Part shown: piece by piece, positions 28,525-39,413 of the stretch
Position numbering within the stretch: the first letter of the stretch is position 1
How the letters are laid out: each line of letters begins with the position of its first letter
Origin: an uncultured Bacteroidales bacterium
GTDB taxonomy: Bacteria; Bacteroidota; Bacteroidia; Bacteroidales; Bacteroidaceae
Reading direction: 5' to 3'
Length of the DNA: 58,976 bases
Assembly: GCA_937901185.1 (NCBI GenBank)
Contig: CALCHR010000108.1
Span: 1 to 58,976, forward strand
Made by a program: the position numbers and the translations under genes
Notes under the pieces: model-generated
Seen by the model: only the letters and a program-made list of their open reading frames with translations
What the model was told of the DNA's origin: nothing
Database searches by the model: none

Positions 28525-28559
28525 GCAGCTACCCTTCGGAGAGCACGAAGGGTAGCTGC
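28525..28559 (+). terminator. Intrinsic terminator
   Basis: GCAGCTACCCTTCG-gagagca-CGAAGGGTAGCTGC followed by TTTTT. Confidence 0.85.
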
Positions 28560-28601
28560 TTTTTAGTATAAAGCCATTTCTGGAAAAAAGGTCTTACTTT
28601 T

Positions 28602-28690
28602 CATCGGTTACATGAGAAGTAACCATTGGTTACATGGGAAGTAACTCTTGGTTACATGAGAAGTAACTGCAGGTTACACGCCGTGTAACC
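28602..28690. repeat. Family B 22-nt-period array, GTTAC-N7-GTAAC-N5 x4
   Basis: GTTAC at 28607, 28629, 28651, 28673; GTAAC at 28619, 28641, 28663, 28685. Confidence 0.92.
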
Positions 28691-28811
28691 AATTCTAGTA
28701 GCTTTGTTTTTCTCAAAAGTCAAAAAAAGAGTTTTCTTCTTCAATTCTTAAAAATAGTTAATAGTTGAAGAGATTATTCTTGGTTTTATTACCCGAATAA
28801 TAAAAATATAT

Positions 28812-28819
28812 TAAATTTG
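28812..28819 (+). promoter_or_regulatory. -7 promoter element (TAAATTTG) for the fasciclin-susCD cluster
   Basis: Exact TAnnTTTG in an AT-rich region, about 60 nt upstream of ATG 28882. Confidence 0.6.
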
Positions 28820-28881
28820 CCCGATAACTATACTTGTGTAAACAGGAATTAGAAAAAATATAAATATAAAATTTTGATTTA

Positions 28882-31800
28882 ATGCGTATGAAAAACCGTT
28901 ATTGCAGAATGGGAAAATCATTGCTTCGCGCAATGTGCCTGCTTTCGATTTGCGGCTTTGCTTACTCTTGCTCAGACGATTACGACTTGGACGAAACCAA
29001 GCCGCCGTTCTTGGGTGAAAGTATCTACGACGAATTGAAAGCGACCGGCAAGTTCACCAACGTTGTCCGGTTAATTGACGACCTTGAGTATGCAAACGTT
29101 CTTTCGAAGACCGGTAGTAAGACATTGTTCGTGGCAGACGACGATGCGTACAACCGTTTCTTTCAGAACAATACTTGGGGTGTGAGCAACTATGAACAGT
29201 TGACTCCGGCTATGAAGCGCTTGTTGCTGAATGGCTCAATGTTGAACAACGCCTATGTGATGGAAATGCTTTCCAATACAGAAGGCGGTGGTAAAAACTT
29301 GTGTTTGCGCCAAGTGTCGGCAGCGACAGCTTTGGACACCATTCCTTATTGGGATGCCCTCTCATTGCCTTACAACATGAGTGGCCTAGACGAAGCCGGC
29401 TTGCCTTTGCCTGAAAGCGAAGATGCGGTAGATACAAAATTCTGGAAGAAGTTCCGTGATAGAGGAGCCGGCACCGGAATCTACATGGCTTTGGATAAGA
29501 CTCAGCCGATGATGACTCACTTCCTTGAAGGCCAGTTGCGCGATAAGAATATCACCAACGACGACATCGCCTTCATTATGAATGAAGAAAACTCTTGGGC
29601 TGAAAACCGTAGCTATATTTATGGTAACCGTGTGGTTAAACAGGATGTTACTTGCTTGAATGGTTATTACCACGAGCTTGACGACGTGCTTGTTACTCCT
29701 TCCAATATGGCAGAAGTGCTTCGCCAAAATGGTACAGACGAGGCTTATCAGAAGGACAAAACGTCTTCTACAAAATACTTCAGCCTCTTGTTGGACCGTT
29801 TCAGCGCACCTTACTATGATGCCAACTTGACACAACAATATAAAATGCTTTATGATATTCCGGCAGACTCTGTATATCAAAAGCGTTATTTGGCAAACTT
29901 CTCACAAGGCTCTAAGATTACTAAAGACCCGGATGGTAAAGACCTCGGAGATTTCCCGTATCTGGGCTTCGACCCGGGATGGAACGAACTGGCTTCCAGT
30001 GAAACTATGCCTAAGGAGCAAGATATGTCAGCCATCTTTGCTCCTTCAGACCAGGCAATAGAAAACTACTTCATCGGGGGAGCCGGTAAGAGTTTGATGG
30101 AGCGTTATGCAAAGGCCAAACCTGTTACAGCAGCCAACCTTGCGTATAACCTCTATCAAATTCCTTTGGATATTATACAGGCCTTGCTTCGTAACTTGAT
30201 GAAGGAATCTTTCAATGAAACTGTTCCTAGCAAGTATCTGACAATTATGAACGACGCACAGGACCAAATGTTTAATGTGTATAGTTCGGTAGATGATTAT
30301 AAGAAGGGTATCAAAAAATGTCTCTTGGCCAATAATGGTGTTATCTATATCTTGAATGGTGTTGTAGCTCCGGCAGACTATGCTGCAGTTGTGGCTCCTG
30401 TTCTTTATTCTAACAACACTCAGATTATGAAGAGTGTTGTTCGTGCGGATGATAACTTTATTGATGGCTCTGAGTATAACAATGCTCCCTTGCAAAAGTA
30501 TTTCAGTACTTACCTGAAGGCCATGCAGTCACGCTTCTCTTTCTTTGTTCCAACAGATGAAGCTTTGGGTAAGTATGGTTATATCGACCCGTTCTCTTAT
30601 GCAACCAATCCCTCATCGCTCAGCGATAGCCGTCGCTATATGAAATTTACTTACGACTCTAATACCGGCTCTGGTAAAAAAGTGGCAGTATCAATGCAGG
30701 GTTATAAGTTTAGCGACTTTACTGGAGTTACTGATGGAGATGCTACTTTAGGTACAAATATCCGTTCACGTGCAAACGATGGTTTGGATACACCTTGGGG
30801 CTTGGTTAAGAAGAACCTCTTGGTAGAGATGGTAGACCAACACATCGTGGTACATGATAATGACGATTTGGAAGGTGTGAATGGCGATCGCCAATACTTC
30901 CTCTCCAGAACTGGTGCTCCTGTCTTTATAAAGAATAAAGGCAACGTAGATAACTATGGTGTAGGTATGCAAGTGGAAGGTGGTTATCAGCTTATGTTAG
31001 AGAAAGATGCAGAGCCTGCTAACGACTATGTATGTACTGTAACAGAAGGCTATAATCAGACACGTGAGTGGCCCGCTAATAATAATTATGGTAACGGTAT
31101 GACTTACTTCATTGACCGCCCGATGCAGCCGACAATGAAAACAGTTTATAACCACTTGGCTAACACCCCGGAATTCTCAACCTTCTTTGATCTCTGTGCA
31201 GCTCTTGATGAGAATGGAGATCCTTTCTCTATTGACAATATCGTAGAGGCTGCAGGCTTGAAGACAGAAGAGATGGAAGAAGCAGATTGGAAAAACGAAG
31301 TGAACAAGTATACTATCTTTACCAATGCAGATGGCTACATCGCTCCGAATGCAGAGTTCTTGGTACGCTTCTTTAATAACTATCGTTACACCGTCTTTGT
31401 GCCAACGAATGAAGCTATTCAGAAAGCCATTGATGAGCAAGGATTGCCTACTTGGGTTTCTATCAGTAAATATATAGATACCTGGAAAGGTCATGTATGT
31501 AAAGACTGTGCTGAGGATGTGCAACTTGAGGCTAACGAACTCTGTGAGCATCACAAAGTTAAGGTGCAGGCTATGTTGACAATGTTGGTTAACTTCTTGA
31601 AATACCACTTCCAAGACGAATCTCTCTTCGTAGACAATCTCACAGCAGAAGAAAAATATCAGACTTCTTGTATTGACCATGTGAAAAATTCTTACCTCTT
31701 CCTCACTGTTAATCAGAAGCCCGGAGAGATGAGTGTGACAGATGAAACTGGTGAAACACACCAAGTGAATAATGCTGCTTTGTATAATATCTTGGCTCGC

Positions 31801-32004
31801 GAAATGAACTTTAGCACGAAACCTATTAGTATTCAAATGCCGGGTAGTTCTGGATATGTAAAAGTATCATCTTATGTAACACTACATCAACTTCAAGATG
31901 GCGTGCTTAATTTTGGCAAATTGGAGAATGGACGTTACGATTCCCAGTGGAATACACCGGCCAAAGCCAAAAAATTTGTAGCTAAGTACAAACTCAGAAA
32001 ATAA
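28882..32004 (+). CDS. Large fasciclin (FAS1) domain lipoprotein
   Basis: Lipobox AYSC then SDDYD; repeated FAS1 motifs 'KTLFVADDDAY', 'AIFAPSDQAI', 'SFFVPTDEAL', 'YTVFVPTNEAI', 'NGYYHELDDV', 'NGVIYILNGV'. Confidence 0.82.
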   Translation: MRMKNRYCRMGKSLLRAMCLLSICGFAYSCSDDYDLDETKPPFLGESIYDELKATGKFTNVVRLIDDLEYANVLSKTGSKTLFVADDDAYNRFFQNNTWGVSNYEQLTPAMKRLLLNGSMLNNAYVMEMLSNTEGGGKNLCLRQVSAATALDTIPYWDALSLPYNMSGLDEAGLPLPESEDAVDTKFWKKFRDRGAGTGIYMALDKTQPMMTHFLEGQLRDKNITNDDIAFIMNEENSWAENRSYIYGNRVVKQDVTCLNGYYHELDDVLVTPSNMAEVLRQNGTDEAYQKDKTSSTKYFSLLLDRFSAPYYDANLTQQYKMLYDIPADSVYQKRYLANFSQGSKITKDPDGKDLGDFPYLGFDPGWNELASSETMPKEQDMSAIFAPSDQAIENYFIGGAGKSLMERYAKAKPVTAANLAYNLYQIPLDIIQALLRNLMKESFNETVPSKYLTIMNDAQDQMFNVYSSVDDYKKGIKKCLLANNGVIYILNGVVAPADYAAVVAPVLYSNNTQIMKSVVRADDNFIDGSEYNNAPLQKYFSTYLKAMQSRFSFFVPTDEALGKYGYIDPFSYATNPSSLSDSRRYMKFTYDSNTGSGKKVAVSMQGYKFSDFTGVTDGDATLGTNIRSRANDGLDTPWGLVKKNLLVEMVDQHIVVHDNDDLEGVNGDRQYFLSRTGAPVFIKNKGNVDNYGVGMQVEGGYQLMLEKDAEPANDYVCTVTEGYNQTREWPANNNYGNGMTYFIDRPMQPTMKTVYNHLANTPEFSTFFDLCAALDENGDPFSIDNIVEAAGLKTEEMEEADWKNEVNKYTIFTNADGYIAPNAEFLVRFFNNYRYTVFVPTNEAIQKAIDEQGLPTWVSISKYIDTWKGHVCKDCAEDVQLEANELCEHHKVKVQAMLTMLVNFLKYHFQDESLFVDNLTAEEKYQTSCIDHVKNSYLFLTVNQKPGEMSVTDETGETHQVNNAALYNILAREMNFSTKPISIQMPGSSGYVKVSSYVTLHQLQDGVLNFGKLENGRYDSQWNTPAKAKKFVAKYKLRK

Positions 32005-32014
32005 TCGTAACATC

Positions 32015-35000
32015 ATGAAGAACATAAAGTTTTTATTGACACTGGCTTTGTGCTTATGCTCATTTGCGGCATCTGCGCAAAAGGTGATTACAGGACATGT
32101 TGGCAGTAAGGATGGTCCGGTAATCTATGCTAACGTAGTTGAGGTGGATAAGAACAATCGTAACGTGGCTGCTACACAGACCGACGTGAATGGTAACTTC
32201 TCATTGAAGATTAAGAACCCGGCTAACAGCTTGCGTGTTTCTTATATCGGATATGCCACCGCAACAAAAGAAATTGGTACACAAACTCGTTTTGATATCG
32301 AACTGCAAGACAAGACTACTTTGAAAGAAGCAACCGTAACTGGTATGCGTCGCATTAAGTCAAATGGTTTGTCTATCCCTGAACGCGAAATTTCTGTAGC
32401 ACAGCAGTCTCTTAACATGGATGAGATGGAAGGTCTTTCCTTTGAAACTGCCGGCGAAGCTTTGCAAGGACAGATTGCAGGTCTCGACGTTGTTGCTAAC
32501 TCTGGTAACCTCGGTGCCGGAACCAGTATGCGTTTGCGTGGTGTATCTTCTATCAATGGTAGTTCTGAACCTTTGATCGTAGTCGATGGTTATATCTTGG
32601 AAGACTATAGCGAAGGTGATATCGACTATAATAATATGGAGAACACTGAGCAATTTGCTACCCTTTTGCAGGTAAGTATGGACGATATCCAGAGCATCAA
32701 TGTTTTGAAAGATGCTTCTGCTACCGCCATCTGGGGTTCACGTGGTGCCAATGGTGTAATTGAAATTAAAACACGTCGTGGTCGTAGAGGTAAAACCAAG
32801 GTGAACTTCAACTATAAGTTCAAAGGCTCTTGGCAGCCCACCGGCATGAAGATGTTGAATGGTGATGGCTATACCATGATGTTGAAAGAGGCTTACTTTA
32901 ATCCGAAACAAAGTGACGTAGCCTCAGGTATTGTAGAGTTGATGTACTTGAAAGATACTCACCCTGCATACTATGGAAACTATAGTGCCAATACAGATTG
33001 GATTGATGAAGTTACACAGTTTGGTCAGTCTCATGAAATTGGAGCCAACATTAGCGGTGGTGGTGAAAAAGCTACATTCCGTTTCTCTGGAACTTACAAA
33101 CATGAAACCGGTACTGTGATTAAGCAGTCTTTGGATCAGTTCACTACTCGTTTGGTACTGGATTATGCTGTGTCAGACCGTATTAAGTTCTCTTCAAACT
33201 TTGCTTTGACTTACACTAAGAATAACAGAAACTATTCTGACCTGATGAGTAAGGCTTATAAGGCAATGCCTAATATGGAAGTTTATCGTCATGAATATGA
33301 CAAAACTACCGGTAGCTATTACAAAACAGGTGATTATTACTTGATGCCTCCTAAAGCCGGTGGAGCCGGATTGGTAGCCCCTAATAGCGGATTGACTTCT
33401 TATTATCTTGGTGATATGGTAGACAATGGAAACCCCGTTGCTATTGGAAATTTGGCTTGGTCTAAGGAGTCTACCTATACTATTATTCCTCAATTCTCTA
33501 TTGAGTATAAATTGTGGGGTAAAGCAGATGATGAAACTCAGTTGGATTATACCGGTGACGTTTATCTGAATGCATTTACTAAGACAAACAACTCTTATTT
33601 CCCTGCAGAGTTGACTTCAAATGCATGGTCTTCAGGTATTGACTTGACTGGTAATGATGAATATAAGAGTTTGATTTTTACCACACGCCATCAATTGGTA
33701 TTCAGACCTGCATTCTATAATGAGAACCACTCATTGCAAGTGTTGGTTAGAGGTGAATTGACTTCACAAAACTCTACATCACAAGGCTTGAGTTCTTCAG
33801 GTATCAGTGGAGGCATTACCGACCCTACTGTTCCTGGTTATCTGACAGGTGCTTACTCATCAACAGGAAAATCTCACTCAATGAGTGGTACCGGTTCTTT
33901 CCACTACGCTTATGGTTCTAAGTACATTGTTGACTTTACCTTGCGTGCGGATGGTAATACCAAGTTTGGTTCCGGTAACAAGTGGGGCTTCTTCCCCGGT
34001 ATCTCCGGACGTTGGAATATTAGCGACGAAGCATTCTTCGAACCTTTGAAGAAGGTGGTTAATATGTTTGCGTTCTCTCCGGGTTGGGGTATTACCGGTG
34101 CTGCTTATTTTGCAGATGGTCTTATCTATAATAAATATGCTTCTACCGGTTCTTATGATGGTGTAACTGCAATTGTTCCTAACAACTTGCGACTTACTGA
34201 AATCAAATGGGAGAAGACAAAATCTTGGAACTTACGTTTCGACTTGGGATTGTTCAATGACTTGTTGCGTTTCCAGGTGAACGTATATAATAAAAAGATT
34301 ACAGACCTGTTGAACTCAGGTGTTCGTATTCCTTCTACCACAGGTTTCTCTTCTCTATCTTGGGCTAACGTCGGAGAAATGGAAAATGAAGGATGGGAAC
34401 TCTATGTGAACACAGGAAATGTCTTTAAGGTAGGTAAGTTCCACATGAACTTCAATGTAAACTTTGCTCAGAATATCAATACCATTACCTCAATGGACCC
34501 CACAGTCTTGGCTAGTAACAATAAAGACTTTACCTATCAAAACATGGCTGTGATGCAGCGTGTACAGATAGGCCATGCCTTGGGTGGTATTTATGGTTTC
34601 CGTTATAAGGGAGTATATGCTTATGACTATGATCATAACGGATATTTTACTGGTAACAATGCTTACAAGAATGAATTGTATGTATTACCCGAGCCCGATG
34701 AAAATGGAAACCTTCTTAATACAGCCGCAGCTACAGGCAAAACAGCGCCTATTGCTCGTGATGCACAAGGTAATGTAATCTATGATAAGAATGGTAATCC
34801 TCTACCTATGTATTATAATTATGGTGGAGCAAATTATCAGTTCCAAGGAGGTGATGTTATCTATGAAGATGTGAACCATGATGGTCAAATCGATGAATTG
34901 GATATTGTTTACTTAGGCGGCTCTAACCCCAAAATTACTGGTGGTTTTGGTGTAGACTTTACTTATGGCCGCTGGAAGTTACAGACAATGTTTAACTTCC

Positions 35001-35425
35001 GCTTAGGAGGAAACATTATCAACTTGGCCCGTATGAACGCAGAGAATATGCGTACCAATAATAACCAGTGTACATCGGTTAATCACCGTTGGAGAAAGAA
35101 TGGCCAGGTAACAGAAATACCTCGTGCTATGAATGCCAGTGTAGGTACTTCTTACAATGCTTTGATTAGCGACCGTTATGTAGAGCCCGGAGATTATTTG
35201 CGCTTTAACTATTTGCAGTTGTCTTATAGCTTTGACCCGAAGAAGATTCAGAAGTATGGATTGAGTAACTTGCGCTTGTCTGCTTCTGCAAACAACTTGA
35301 TTTTCTGGACGAAGTATAGTGGTGTAGACCCTGAACACAATCAAAGTGGTTATTCACCTTGCTATGATAATGCACAGACTCCTCGTGCTCGTTCATTTAA
35401 TGTTAGCTTAACTGTAGGATTCTAA
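32015..35425 (+). CDS. SusC/RagA family TonB-dependent transporter
   Basis: Plug signature 'DDIQSINVLKDASATAIWGSRGANGVIEIKTRRG', 'WEKTKSWN', 'YSGVDPE', terminal F. Confidence 0.95.
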   Translation: MKNIKFLLTLALCLCSFAASAQKVITGHVGSKDGPVIYANVVEVDKNNRNVAATQTDVNGNFSLKIKNPANSLRVSYIGYATATKEIGTQTRFDIELQDKTTLKEATVTGMRRIKSNGLSIPEREISVAQQSLNMDEMEGLSFETAGEALQGQIAGLDVVANSGNLGAGTSMRLRGVSSINGSSEPLIVVDGYILEDYSEGDIDYNNMENTEQFATLLQVSMDDIQSINVLKDASATAIWGSRGANGVIEIKTRRGRRGKTKVNFNYKFKGSWQPTGMKMLNGDGYTMMLKEAYFNPKQSDVASGIVELMYLKDTHPAYYGNYSANTDWIDEVTQFGQSHEIGANISGGGEKATFRFSGTYKHETGTVIKQSLDQFTTRLVLDYAVSDRIKFSSNFALTYTKNNRNYSDLMSKAYKAMPNMEVYRHEYDKTTGSYYKTGDYYLMPPKAGGAGLVAPNSGLTSYYLGDMVDNGNPVAIGNLAWSKESTYTIIPQFSIEYKLWGKADDETQLDYTGDVYLNAFTKTNNSYFPAELTSNAWSSGIDLTGNDEYKSLIFTTRHQLVFRPAFYNENHSLQVLVRGELTSQNSTSQGLSSSGISGGITDPTVPGYLTGAYSSTGKSHSMSGTGSFHYAYGSKYIVDFTLRADGNTKFGSGNKWGFFPGISGRWNISDEAFFEPLKKVVNMFAFSPGWGITGAAYFADGLIYNKYASTGSYDGVTAIVPNNLRLTEIKWEKTKSWNLRFDLGLFNDLLRFQVNVYNKKITDLLNSGVRIPSTTGFSSLSWANVGEMENEGWELYVNTGNVFKVGKFHMNFNVNFAQNINTITSMDPTVLASNNKDFTYQNMAVMQRVQIGHALGGIYGFRYKGVYAYDYDHNGYFTGNNAYKNELYVLPEPDENGNLLNTAAATGKTAPIARDAQGNVIYDKNGNPLPMYYNYGGANYQFQGGDVIYEDVNHDGQIDELDIVYLGGSNPKITGGFGVDFTYGRWKLQTMFNFRLGGNIINLARMNAENMRTNNNQCTSVNHRWRKNGQVTEIPRAMNASVGTSYNALISDRYVEPGDYLRFNYLQLSYSFDPKKIQKYGLSNLRLSASANNLIFWTKYSGVDPEHNQSGYSPCYDNAQTPRARSFNVSLTVGF

Positions 35426-35428
35426 TAA

Positions 35429-37279
35429 ATGAAAGCAATGAAAAAGAATATATCCTATAAAAAATGGTTGATGGCTGGAGCTTTCCTTTTGACAATGGGA
35501 GGCGTAACATCTTGTGAGGATTTTCTTACAGTTTTGCCAAGTGACCAAATTACAGAAGAAGATTTTTGGAAAACCAAAAATGATTTGAATAATGCTCGTT
35601 CCGGAGCTTATCTCCACATGGTGAAAACTGGTTCTTTGGAGAAGGTTCTAGTTTGGGGTGAGCTTCGTTCTGATAACTTATCTTTGAACAAGATGGATAA
35701 TACGTCCATTTTGTATCTCCAAGATGGTATCTTGCGTCCCACTGAATCAATGTTTGATTGGGGTAATTTCTATACCGGAATCAACTATTGTAACAAAGTG
35801 TTGGAGCGAGGCCAGGAAATGGTTGATGAAAAGGTAGATGAAACCTTGCGTGAAGGTGACTGGAAACCTATCAAAGCTGAGATGATAGCTCTTCGTGCAT
35901 TAGAGTATTTCTATTTGGTGCGTGCTTATCGTGACGTACCTTATATCACAACCTCTATCAGTACAGATGCAGAAGCCAGAAAGCATTTGCCAAAGGCTGT
36001 TCCCGGTGCTCAAGTTTTAGGTTATCTTATCAATGATTTGGAAGATGCTTTGAATTATGCTGCTGTGAATTATGCAGATTATGGAGCACGTACGAATTAT
36101 ACTCGCTTTACAAAGAGAAGTATAAAAGCGCTCTTGGCTGATATGTATTTGTGGCGTGGCTGTATGCTTAAAAAGGTTGAAGAGAAAGGTGACACAATTG
36201 TATGTGTAAACGGAGATTCAATCTATACAAACGCAGCTGCAGCTCCTTTGATTACCGATTGCTTTACAAAAGCTAAGAACTATTGTTCTGAAATTTTGGA
36301 AGATATGAGCAATGAGTATAAGCAAAGATTGGAAACTTTAGGTCAACCCCCTTATGAAGATGGAGATTATGCTCCTCTTATCTACAATGAGTATTCTTCA
36401 TTTGGAGGAACAGATATGGTTTATTCTATTTTGTTTGGTAGTCAATTCAGTCGTGAAAGTATTTTGGAATGGCCTAATGATGTGGAAACAAAGTATAATT
36501 CTACTTATACAAGTTATTTTTATCAGAATGGTTCTTCTAAAGGCCCCCAAATTATGGTGGGTAATTCTAAATTATTGAGCAGTAAGGATAATGTAGATAA
36601 GGAAGGAACGCTTCGTGGTTTCTCAAAAACAGATGCTCGATTGTTAGGTACATTCTTGTATGAACCAAACTCTTCTCAATCTTCTTATCCTGTAATCAAA
36701 CATATTGCTTCATCTATCTATATTGAGGATTGGGAAGATATGAATAAAGGTGGCGATATAGACCTACGTAATACAGATTCTGGAATGGATATTTCTTGGC
36801 CTGTATATCGTATGAGTGATATTATGTTGATTAAGGCCGAAGCTATTGCTCGATTAGGTAGTGGCTTGGATGAAGGTTTCAAACTGGCAAATGAATTATT
36901 CAAACGTAATAATCCTGCATTGAAAGCAACAGGAACAGCCGGTGTAGCTCCTGAATTGCAGTCAGACCGTTTGAAGGAAGATTATTCAGAAGGTAAGAAT
37001 GCTACCAATTTGTTGACATTAGTATATAATGAAAGACAGAGAGAATTTGTAGGTGAGGGTAAACGTTGGTTTGATTTGGTTCGTTATGCAGAAGCTGCTT
37101 TCTCTGATGAAGGAAGTAATGAAACTAAAGCAATGTTTGACATGATGTTTGATGTCTCATCTACCATAAAGAACCGTTTGAAGAGTTTGTATTCTCTGTA
37201 CAATCCCATATATTCAGAGGAATTGAAGGTGAACTCTAATTTGGTACAAAATCCGGTTTGGGATAAATACACTAAATAA
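35429..37279 (+). CDS. RagB/SusD family lipoprotein
   Basis: Lipobox VTSC-EDFL; 'YTGINYCNKVL', 'RALEYFYLVRAYRDVP', 'YRMSDIMLIKAEA', 'ERQREFVGEGKRWFDLVR', 'QNPVW'. Confidence 0.93.
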   Translation: MKAMKKNISYKKWLMAGAFLLTMGGVTSCEDFLTVLPSDQITEEDFWKTKNDLNNARSGAYLHMVKTGSLEKVLVWGELRSDNLSLNKMDNTSILYLQDGILRPTESMFDWGNFYTGINYCNKVLERGQEMVDEKVDETLREGDWKPIKAEMIALRALEYFYLVRAYRDVPYITTSISTDAEARKHLPKAVPGAQVLGYLINDLEDALNYAAVNYADYGARTNYTRFTKRSIKALLADMYLWRGCMLKKVEEKGDTIVCVNGDSIYTNAAAAPLITDCFTKAKNYCSEILEDMSNEYKQRLETLGQPPYEDGDYAPLIYNEYSSFGGTDMVYSILFGSQFSRESILEWPNDVETKYNSTYTSYFYQNGSSKGPQIMVGNSKLLSSKDNVDKEGTLRGFSKTDARLLGTFLYEPNSSQSSYPVIKHIASSIYIEDWEDMNKGGDIDLRNTDSGMDISWPVYRMSDIMLIKAEAIARLGSGLDEGFKLANELFKRNNPALKATGTAGVAPELQSDRLKEDYSEGKNATNLLTLVYNERQREFVGEGKRWFDLVRYAEAAFSDEGSNETKAMFDMMFDVSSTIKNRLKSLYSLYNPIYSEELKVNSNLVQNPVWDKYTK

Positions 37280-37289
37280 TACAGATATT

Positions 37290-39389
37290 ATGAGAAAGAA
37301 TATATTATTTGGAAAGAGTCTTCTTGGCTTTTGCTCTATGTTCTTTTCAATTGTGATGCTGTTAGGCTTGAATAGTTGTAAAGAAACAATAGATGACTCT
37401 AATTTTGCTATCAAAACAGAAGAGACTATTACGGATTTCTTGACTAATAATCCGGATAGATTCTCTGAGATAAAAGCTATCTTTGATCGAGTTCGTCTGA
37501 GCAATAGTGAAGACGCATCTTCTATTACAGCAGTACTTTCTGCTCGTGGAAATTATACTTTGTTTGCTCCTAATAACGAAGCTATCAAAAGCTATCTTGA
37601 AAGCTTGGGATTAGCAGATGTAGCTTCAATGTCCTACGAACAGGCTCAGTTGGTTGCATATAGCTGTGTAATAGATAATAGAACAAATACAGCTTATGAA
37701 ACTCCGGATTTTCCCAGTCCTGGTACTTTTGGCTTACCTAATTTTTATGATCGTCTCTTGACTTGTGAAGAGGATGAGGTTTCTGGCTTGTATAAAATTA
37801 ATGGAACTTCATTGGTCGTAAATACAGATAATACTAAGTCAAATGGTGTCGTGCACGAAGTAAGTTCGGTAATTGCTCCTTCATCAGACTTGTTGCCCGA
37901 TATTATCAAGAAGGCAGATAATCTGAAAGTCATGGGATATTTGCTGGATGTAACAGGCTGGAGTGCTAAATTGCTGGATGAGCGTGATATTCCTTATGAA
38001 GAGGAGTCACGTCCTGAAACCTATAACTTGAATGGTGTACCTGGTACATTTACTGTTGCTCAGCGTCGTTATCTTGGTTATACCGGATTTGTAGAACCCG
38101 ATAACCTTTATAAAGAAGAGTGGGGCATCGAGGTTAAGCCTGAGATGTCTCAAGCAGATTGGGATGCTGTGATGAAGGTTATCGAAGAAAAATGTGAAGC
38201 TATTTACGGTGTTACCGCTAAGGGTGACTATACCAATGAAGATAATGCAGTCAATCGCTTTGTCGCATATCACTTCTTGGAAGGTAAAATGGCTTATGAC
38301 CGTTTCGTACACCACTACAATGAGTTTGGTTATAAGTACGGAGATAATAAGAATCCTCAAATGCGTAATCTGACAGTAAATGTCTGGGATTATTATACAA
38401 CAGTAGGTTCTCATCGTAGTCTTCTCAAAGTTACTCAATTAGGCGAACAATCTAAGGGCGATGAAAATCCTTATCCTTTGTATATCAATCGCGTTTCTAT
38501 CTATGATAACTCTAGAACTGGTAATTACGCAGAGTTGGGTACCCAACCTGGAGGTGAAGGTATTTTAATCAGTGCTCGTAATGGAGAGTTTGATAATAAT
38601 GCCAAGAATGGTTTCTATTATCCCATCAATAAAATCTTGGTTTATGATCAAAGCATTAGAGATTTGTTGGGTGGAGAGCGTATTCGTATAGATATGACTA
38701 CAATCTTGTCAGAAATATCTTCAAACAACCTTCGTGGTAATGAGTATACTTCCTTCCCCAAAGGTTACTTCAAAAATATCCTTAAGGAATCTACAGATAC
38801 TAAATTATTGTATTTGATGGATGCTTATTCACCCGGTGGTGGTAGTTGGAATGACTATCAAGGTGATGAAATGATGTTCTCTGGTCTCTATGATTTTGTG
38901 CTGCGTTTACCGCCCGTACCAAAAGATGGTACCTATGAACTTCGTATGGGAGTTGCTATGAATAGTTTGCGTGGTATGGCTCAGATTTATTTTGGCGATG
39001 ATTTGAATCGCTTACAGCCTGCTGGCCTTCCTTATGACATGCGTCAGAGTGTGAGCGCTGATAATCCAGCAATTCCTTGGGTAAAAGATACCGGTGATGA
39101 GGTTGTTGATGCTGAAAATGATAAGAACTTGCGTAACCAGGGTTATTTGAAAGGCCCGAACTATTTTACAGTGACCAATGGTCAGGCTAACACTCCGGTA
39201 AGAGAAAGAGGAGGTGGAGCCGCAGCTATCCGTAGAATTGTATTGGCTACAGATATGAAAGCTGATAAGACTTACTATTTGCGCTTTAAGTCAGCATTGA
39301 AGAAGTTGGATAGCCAGTTCTTTATGGATTATATAGAATTTACTCCGACGGTGGTATACAATGGTACAGAGCCCGAAGATATTTGGTAA
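37290..39389 (+). CDS. Fasciclin domain lipoprotein
   Basis: Lipobox LNSC; 'NYTLFAPNNEAI', 'NGVVHEVSSVI', 'RFVAYHFL', 'NGFYYPINKIL'. Confidence 0.82.
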   Translation: MRKNILFGKSLLGFCSMFFSIVMLLGLNSCKETIDDSNFAIKTEETITDFLTNNPDRFSEIKAIFDRVRLSNSEDASSITAVLSARGNYTLFAPNNEAIKSYLESLGLADVASMSYEQAQLVAYSCVIDNRTNTAYETPDFPSPGTFGLPNFYDRLLTCEEDEVSGLYKINGTSLVVNTDNTKSNGVVHEVSSVIAPSSDLLPDIIKKADNLKVMGYLLDVTGWSAKLLDERDIPYEEESRPETYNLNGVPGTFTVAQRRYLGYTGFVEPDNLYKEEWGIEVKPEMSQADWDAVMKVIEEKCEAIYGVTAKGDYTNEDNAVNRFVAYHFLEGKMAYDRFVHHYNEFGYKYGDNKNPQMRNLTVNVWDYYTTVGSHRSLLKVTQLGEQSKGDENPYPLYINRVSIYDNSRTGNYAELGTQPGGEGILISARNGEFDNNAKNGFYYPINKILVYDQSIRDLLGGERIRIDMTTILSEISSNNLRGNEYTSFPKGYFKNILKESTDTKLLYLMDAYSPGGGSWNDYQGDEMMFSGLYDFVLRLPPVPKDGTYELRMGVAMNSLRGMAQIYFGDDLNRLQPAGLPYDMRQSVSADNPAIPWVKDTGDEVVDAENDKNLRNQGYLKGPNYFTVTNGQANTPVRERGGGAAAIRRIVLATDMKADKTYYLRFKSALKKLDSQFFMDYIEFTPTVVYNGTEPEDIW

Positions 39390-39413
39390 TAAATCTGAAA
39401 ATCAAATAGGACG

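Noticed and set aside
34867..34905. EF-hand-like DVNHDGQIDELD in SusC (similar DVNGDG in the last SusC)
   Set aside because: DxNxDG loops are common in SusC proteins.
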